The translations under genes and the position numbers were made by a program. 64,000 bases of DNA from an uncultured Eggerthella sp. (lineage in GTDB: Bacteria; Actinomycetota; Coriobacteriia; Coriobacteriales; Eggerthellaceae): positions 245-64,244 of the forward strand of contig USDX01000009.1 of the NCBI GenBank assembly GCA_900553605.1, in the 5' to 3' direction. Under the pieces are notes generated by a model. It was not told the DNA's origin and did not search any database. It worked only from the letters and a program-made list of their open reading frames with translations. Numbering within the stretch: position 1 is the first letter of the stretch; the number at the start of each line of letters is the position of its first letter. This document shows, piece by piece, positions 58,234-64,000 of this stretch.

Positions 58234-58668
58234 TTATTCGCCTTCCACTTCGAAGAACTTCAAAATATGCGTCGCCACGCACACCACCGTGCCGTCCTGA
58301 TTGGTAACAACCACATCGGCATACGTTTTCATGGCAGCCTCGTCCACTTCTTTCACGGTATAGGTCGCCGTAAGGGTGTCGCCAAAATACACAGGCGCGG
58401 TAAAGCGCAAATGATCGTATCCATACGATGCACTGGGAATAGGAGACTCGTACTTTTGCTGGATGAGGGTTGAAGCCGTGCTACCGAAGGCAAAGGTGAG
58501 TACGCCATGCACGATGCGCGTTCCGTACTTCGTGGTTTTCATGAACGCCTCGTTGAAGTGCATCTGGCTGTAATCGCCCGTGATACCGCCGAACTGATAT
58601 ACATCAGATTCGCTAACCGTCTTCGTGAACGAACAGCTGTTACCAACTTCCAAAGGTACCTTAGTCAT
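58234..58668 (-). CDS. MaoC-family (R)-enoyl-CoA hydratase/dehydratase
   Basis: TGDYSQMH, IVHG and LRFTAPVYFGDT motifs. Confidence 0.9.
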   Translation of the reverse strand: MTKVPLEVGNSCSFTKTVSESDVYQFGGITGDYSQMHFNEAFMKTTKYGTRIVHGVLTFAFGSTASTLIQQKYESPIPSASYGYDHLRFTAPVYFGDTLTATYTVKEVDEAAMKTYADVVVTNQDGTVVCVATHILKFFEVEGE

Positions 58669-58996
58669 TGCCGATCCCCTTCCTTCTGGCTGCCGTTTTC
58701 TTTAGGCGAATGCGGCGTTTCGTTGCCCTTCGGACCAGCTAGTGTTTGGTCAGGGTTCCCACTTGGCAATCTGGCCCAAAACAACGAAACGCCGCAATTG
58801 GCCCTCACACGAAACAAGCAACCAATGCGCAAACATTTCCTTGCGAAACCCTTTGATCTCGCAAGAAAAACGGTACTCCACTAAGGCTTTTACGTCTGCT
58901 GCAAAGTATTGGCAGAAGCTGCGCTAATATATGAACAGGATTCATGATTGCGCATATGCCCATTTCGCAGGCGCAACTTAAAGAGGAGATACTTCA

Positions 58997-59920
58997 ATGA
59001 ACCTCGCTCAACTCACCTATTTCTGCCATTTGGCGAAAACCGAGCACTACACACGCTCGGCGGAAAGCCTTCATGTCTCGCAATCGGCTCTCTCTCACTC
59101 CATTTCTTCCCTGGAAAAGGAGCTCGGATGCCGGCTATTCCGCAAGGCGGGACGCAACGTGCAGCTCACCGATGACGGGCGAGTATTCTTGAAGTATGTT
59201 TCAGAGGGGCTTGCCTCCATCGACAGGGGCATTGCCGAGCTCGACCGCAGAAGCAACGGCCTTTCCGGATCCATCAACGTAGGCGCTATCGCAACGGTGA
59301 GATCGGGCTATCTGCCTGCAGCAATGCAGGGCTTTCGTTCGCAATTCGGAGACAAAACCGAGTTTCACGTACTTCAGGGCGAAACAGCGCCTTTGAACCA
59401 AAAGCTCGAACAGGGTGTATGCGACCTGGTAATTGCGGGACCCGTCCATAAGCCAGGAATCACCTGCACCACGCTCTTTCATCAGCGCTTAGTGGTAGCG
59501 TTGCGTCGCGACCATCCACTAGCGGCGCTCAAAAAAGTGCGCTACGAAAACCTGATTGGCCACACCGTGATCACCTATCGCCGCGGCATAGCTTGCGGAG
59601 AAACCCTCGAAGCATTCCTGCAGGAAACCAACGCACCCCTTAGCAAGCTAACGTTGGTGCGCAACTACGAAGACGAGGTGATCCTGGGCGCGCTCGCCGT
59701 GCACGAGTCAAGCGTGGCTCTGACCATGCTCACCTCGAATTTGGCACCCAACCCCGACATGGTTATCTTGCCGCTCGACGTGGAAGGAGCCGAAGAGTTC
59801 TATCCCATTTCGCTCACCCGTCGCGAAGGCGATGCGCTAAACCCCGCCACGCAAGCGTTCATCGACTATCTGCTTTCGTTCGAAGCCCCCGCCTACGAAC
59901 GAAGCGATTTTATTGCTTAA
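58997..59920 (+). CDS. LysR family regulator
   Basis: HYTRSAESLHVSQSALSHSISSLEKELG HTH; divergent from the MaoC gene. Confidence 0.93.
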   Translation: MNLAQLTYFCHLAKTEHYTRSAESLHVSQSALSHSISSLEKELGCRLFRKAGRNVQLTDDGRVFLKYVSEGLASIDRGIAELDRRSNGLSGSINVGAIATVRSGYLPAAMQGFRSQFGDKTEFHVLQGETAPLNQKLEQGVCDLVIAGPVHKPGITCTTLFHQRLVVALRRDHPLAALKKVRYENLIGHTVITYRRGIACGETLEAFLQETNAPLSKLTLVRNYEDEVILGALAVHESSVALTMLTSNLAPNPDMVILPLDVEGAEEFYPISLTRREGDALNPATQAFIDYLLSFEAPAYERSDFIA

Positions 59921-60070
59921 TACGCCAATTCTGATGTCGCTTGGCCTTGATATCGGTGGGCAAGGCGGTGCCTACGCGACTTTCTTGCTTAAAGTGCCAA
60001 TTCCGGCATCGCTGGGACTACCGTATTGCCTCGCCCGCAAACGAAGCGACTCTACTGTTCGCGATTGAAT

Positions 60071-61987
60071 TTACGGCTGAAGCGTTTCCACTTCCTTGAT
60101 CCATACGCTCGCGCAAGCATCGGAAGGCATGCGCAGATCGCCTCGCGGAGACACCGCAACGCTGCCCACCTTGGGGCCGTCAGGCAAACACGAACGCTTG
60201 AACTGCTGCGAGAAGAAACGCCAATAGAACGTGCGCAACCACTTCAAAATGGTTTCGTTGCTGTAGCGCCCCGCAAAAGCCTCCTTGGCAACGCGATAGA
60301 TCTTCGCGGGAGGAAAGCACATGCGAAGCATCTGATATAGGAAGAAATCGTGCAGCTCATACGGCCCTACCAAGTCTTCCGTCTTCTGAGAGATGGCACC
60401 GTCTTCCGGAGGAAGAAGTTCTGGGCTCACCGGCGTATCAAGCACGTCATATAGAACTCCCGCAAGCACTTCATCGGCGCTCGTGTCGGCATAGTGGCGA
60501 ACCAAATGGCGCACAAGCGTTTTGGGAACCGAGGCATTCACCGCGTACATAGACATGTGGTCGCCATTGTAAGTGGCCCAACCCAGGGCAAGCTCGGAAA
60601 GATCACCTGTGCCTATGACGAAGCCATTTGCCTGGTTGGCAATGTCCATCAGGATCTGCGTGCGCTCGCGCGCCTGGCTGTTTTCGTACGTCACATCGTG
60701 GATCGACGCATCATGATCGATATCGGCAAAATGCTGCATTACCGCCTTGGCAATGGGAACCTCCTTGAACGTGGCACCCAAGCTTTTAATCATGGCAACA
60801 GCATTGTTATAAGTGCGGTCGGTGGTGCCGAAGCCCGGCATGGTTACCGCAACGATGCCCTTACGGGGCAGCCCAAGCATGTCGAAGGCACGCGCCGTTA
60901 CCAGCAGTGCCAAGGTTGAATCCAAGCCGCCGGAAATACCAACCACGGCGCTTTTCGCATGCGTGTGAGCCAGACGCTTCTTCAGACCAAGCGCTTGGAT
61001 ATTCAGGATTTCCTCGCAGCGATCGGAGAGCTGATCTGCGTTGGAGGGAACGAACGGATCAGCGTCAAAGAAGCGCGCCAGCTTCGTTTCCTCCTCGGCC
61101 AAAGCGAAGGAAATTTCGCGGTACTCCTTCGATTCAGCTGCGGGGAACGTGCTCATTCGGCGGCGCTCCGAAGCAAGACGCTGTACATCGATAGTAGCCA
61201 CATTGATCTCGTTTTCAAACGTGGTCGATTCCGCTAGCACGGTGCCATTTTCGGCGATAAGGTTCTGTCCGCCGAACACCAAATCGGTAGTGGATTCGCC
61301 CTCGCCGGCCGTGGCGTACAGATAGGCGCACACCAAACGGGCCGATTGCCCAGCCACCAAATCTCGGCGATAGCTTCCCTTCCCCACCATTTCATCGCTG
61401 GCGGAAAGGTTGCAGATTACGCTAGCCCCCGCCAACGCATGCTGCACGCTAGGCGGATTGGGAACCCACAAGTCTTCGCATAGTTCAGCGGCAACGCAAA
61501 GATCCACCACGTTTTCGCAAGAAAACAGCAGGTTGGTGCCGACAGGTATCTCTTCGCCGCCGAACTGGACCGTACCCATATCGGCAGACCCAGACGTAAA
61601 GTGGCGTGTTTCGTAGAACTCGTTATATGCAGGCAAGTTCACCTTGGGAACGAAGCCCAATACCTTGCCCCGGCACAGTATGGCAGCAACGTTCAGCAGC
61701 TTCCCCGCCACGCGAAGGGGCATTCCTACTGCGATAAGGGCATCCACCTGGCGTGACCCTTCCGCAATAACGGAAAGCGCCGCCTCTGCCTCGTCGAGCA
61801 ATTTCGTCTGCCAAAACAAATCGCTGCAGGTATAGCCCGTAATGCACAGCTCGGGAAGCACCATTACCTTTGCATGCGCTGCGGCCATTTCGTTGATGCA
61901 TGCAAGAATCGCCTGAGCGTTGGCTTCGCAATCGGCAACCGCCACTTGGGGCGTTGCCGTAGCAACCGTGATGAACCCGTCTTTCAT
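60071..61987 (-). CDS. nadE: Glutamine-dependent NAD+ synthetase
   Basis: Nitrilase-like domain (LPEL, PK, LCEDLW), SGGLDS and ENSQARER. Confidence 0.96.
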   Translation of the reverse strand: MKDGFITVATATPQVAVADCEANAQAILACINEMAAAHAKVMVLPELCITGYTCSDLFWQTKLLDEAEAALSVIAEGSRQVDALIAVGMPLRVAGKLLNVAAILCRGKVLGFVPKVNLPAYNEFYETRHFTSGSADMGTVQFGGEEIPVGTNLLFSCENVVDLCVAAELCEDLWVPNPPSVQHALAGASVICNLSASDEMVGKGSYRRDLVAGQSARLVCAYLYATAGEGESTTDLVFGGQNLIAENGTVLAESTTFENEINVATIDVQRLASERRRMSTFPAAESKEYREISFALAEEETKLARFFDADPFVPSNADQLSDRCEEILNIQALGLKKRLAHTHAKSAVVGISGGLDSTLALLVTARAFDMLGLPRKGIVAVTMPGFGTTDRTYNNAVAMIKSLGATFKEVPIAKAVMQHFADIDHDASIHDVTYENSQARERTQILMDIANQANGFVIGTGDLSELALGWATYNGDHMSMYAVNASVPKTLVRHLVRHYADTSADEVLAGVLYDVLDTPVSPELLPPEDGAISQKTEDLVGPYELHDFFLYQMLRMCFPPAKIYRVAKEAFAGRYSNETILKWLRTFYWRFFSQQFKRSCLPDGPKVGSVAVSPRGDLRMPSDACASVWIKEVETLQP

Positions 61988-62100
61988 AAACCCTCCTCAA
62001 GGGACGCACCAAGGCAGATGCGCGTATCGTTCCCTGCAATTATAAGGTCGAGAAGGCATGGCCAACTTCATTTTCCCGCTCGTAATCACTTTGGAACAAA

Positions 62101-62133
62101 AATACGCCCGCAGGAACAACCTGCGGGCGTATT
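62101..62133 (-). terminator. Terminator after the nitroreductase
   Basis: AATACGCCCGCAGG-AACAA-CCTGCGGGCGTATT. Confidence 0.75.
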
Positions 62134-62203
62134 TAAAAACGCGAATAGGACATTTGGCTCATTGCCCTGCTCCCATAAAAAGAAGCAGCCTTTGATGCTT
62201 CGC

Positions 62204-62779
62204 TTAGCGAATTACGTAACGAGCACCCTTCTGCTTGATGGGCCTCGGCTCCATGTCGGCGTATCCCAGAACAATAGCGCCAATCAGCTTGCCATGACCG
62301 GTTGCAAAGTGGCTGCCCAAAGCGTTGCCTGCGCGCACCACTGCTTCGACCCAGCATGACGCAATGCCCTTGTCGTATGCGGCAAGGCACATGTTTTCCA
62401 TGGCGGCGGCAACACTCTCAATGCAGCTTGGAAGAAGCTCGTCAGAATAATCGGGCTTGTTCAAGAAGCCCAGAATAATGGTCTGCGAGCCGCCCATTGC
62501 CGACATGAATTCCATGGTTTCCTCTACCACTTCAGGGTTGTTCTTGAAGCGTGCCTCAAGCTCCTTGCGGTGGGAAAACGCGGTAGTTCCCAATTCCGAG
62601 AACAAGTAGGACAGATCTTCCTTTTTGGTTAGGGCCACGAAATACCACGGCTGCAAGTTTTGTGCCGAAGGAGCGCAAAGGCCAGCTTGGATAATCTCTT
62701 CAAGATCTTCTTTTGGAATCGGATCAGGCTTGAACTTCCTAACGCTGCGCCTACCCTTGATTGCCTCCATCAACTCCAT
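62204..62779 (-). CDS. Nitroreductase family protein
   Basis: RRSVRKF, APSAQNLQPW and LAAYDKGIASCW motifs. Confidence 0.9.
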   Translation of the reverse strand: MELMEAIKGRRSVRKFKPDPIPKEDLEEIIQAGLCAPSAQNLQPWYFVALTKKEDLSYLFSELGTTAFSHRKELEARFKNNPEVVEETMEFMSAMGGSQTIILGFLNKPDYSDELLPSCIESVAAAMENMCLAAYDKGIASCWVEAVVRAGNALGSHFATGHGKLIGAIVLGYADMEPRPIKQKGARYVIR

Positions 62780-62904
62780 TTCAATCATTCCTTTCTGCGC
62801 TTTCGCGCTCCCCTTCACAAGATTGATTTCGCTGCACCGCCAGGCCCCACGCCCAGCAAACGCAACCCCTCCTGAAAAACCGCTAGTATGCGGCGTTTTC
62901 TGCT

Positions 62905-63795
62905 CTATAAAAACCGCTGAACCTCCGCCAGCAACGGAATAGGCGCTTCCTCGGGAATAAAATGACCGCACGGAAGCGTGCGCCCCTGCACATTCGTGCA
63001 GAACTTAAGCCAGCATTGCAGTGGACTGAAGAACTTTTCCACCAGGCCGTTTGCACCCCACAACACCAGTGTTTCGGCGGTAATTTTCTTGCCCGCATCA
63101 AGGTCTTCCTTATCGAGGAAGCGGTCAATGCATTCGCCGGCACGGTATTCTTCGCAAATGGCGTGAATACATTCCATGTTGTAGTGGCGAAGGTATTCGT
63201 CGTACACCTCTTGAGGGAACGCCTCAGAAGAGGTGTCGTTTTCCGAATTGTAGCGACCGATGTGCAGTGCATTGCGGAAGTACATTTTCCGACTGGAAAG
63301 AATAAGGTCTTCAGGGAATGGTTCGTCCTGCGTAAGCAGATACCAATGGAATAGTGCCTTTGCGAACTCCGCCGAGCTTAAGGCGTACATGTCATACGTC
63401 GAAACGATATCGAGAAGCACAAGCTTATTAACCACTTCCGGATGATCGAGCGCCATTCGGTATGCAACACGGGCACCACGGTCGTGCCCCATAATGGAAA
63501 AACGGTCGAACCCTAGCTCGCCCATAACGGCAATGCAGTCTTCAGCCATGATGCGTTTCGAATAGGTGCTGTGATCAGGCAGCCCTTCGGGCTTGTCGCT
63601 GTCGCCATAACCGCGCAGATCGCACATGACCACGGTAAAACGATGGGCCAAATCCCCTGCAACCTTATGCCACATAAGATATGTTTCGGGATGCCCATGA
63701 AGCAGGAGGAGGGGTTCGCCCTCCCCCATCATTACCGTGTGAATGGTTACACCGTTTACCCCTTTGATAAAACGATGCGTTGCCGTTTCAAACAT
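62905..63795 (-). CDS. Alpha/beta hydrolase, fluoroacetate/haloacetate dehalogenase-like
   Basis: HGHPET, GHDRGAR, FHWY, CEEYRA and GHFIPEE motifs. Confidence 0.85.
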   Translation of the reverse strand: MFETATHRFIKGVNGVTIHTVMMGEGEPLLLLHGHPETYLMWHKVAGDLAHRFTVVMCDLRGYGDSDKPEGLPDHSTYSKRIMAEDCIAVMGELGFDRFSIMGHDRGARVAYRMALDHPEVVNKLVLLDIVSTYDMYALSSAEFAKALFHWYLLTQDEPFPEDLILSSRKMYFRNALHIGRYNSENDTSSEAFPQEVYDEYLRHYNMECIHAICEEYRAGECIDRFLDKEDLDAGKKITAETLVLWGANGLVEKFFSPLQCWLKFCTNVQGRTLPCGHFIPEEAPIPLLAEVQRFL

Positions 63796-64000
63796 AAGGT
63801 CCCCCAACCCTTAAGCTTGCCGTAGTCGCGCTCATAGATAATCCCCATTAACCATGAACGTGTTCAATTAAAAGTATACTCCGCAAAACGTAACAGGACA
63901 TCCGAAGATGTCCTGTTTAATCAACTCTTTAGATAGAAAAGGCCGAAAAGCCAGCAAACCCTAGCTCCAACGCTCGAAGGGCGGGTAATCCAGCCCGAAT

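Overview
GC-rich bacterial chromosome segment. Gene content and style suggest an anaerobic Coriobacteriia/Eggerthellaceae-like actinobacterium (inference). The left ~17 kb is accessory DNA: an IS256/IS1249-type transposase interrupted by an IS3-like element, an AAA+ ATPase preceded by three palindromes, and a TetR-linked hypA-FeS-membrane-flavoprotein-hypB operon with no hydrogenase. It also holds a type I R-M locus built as a shufflon: four identical 16-bp sites, 2 N-terminal and 2 C-terminal HsdS modules, a tyrosine recombinase, and an RxxxxH (HEPN-like) gene in the central invertible segment. The middle carries a CoA-transferase, a LexA-boxed Y-family polymerase cassette and housekeeping genes (trkH, rsgA, LytS/LytTR, tyrS, U32 protein, class A PBP). 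The argCJBD-G-H cluster is split by a C5-MTase/DUF4928 pair. The right end has LRR and SHOCT surface proteins preceded by a pseudoknotted candidate ncRNA, a DUF3800 gene with an upstream small RNA and terminator, a LysR-linked MaoC/VOC/PanE cluster, nadE, a nitroreductase and a fluoroacetate dehalogenase-like hydrolase. Several intergenic repeat arrays occur. No rRNA, tRNA or CRISPR was recognised. All family calls come from motif recognition, not database searches.
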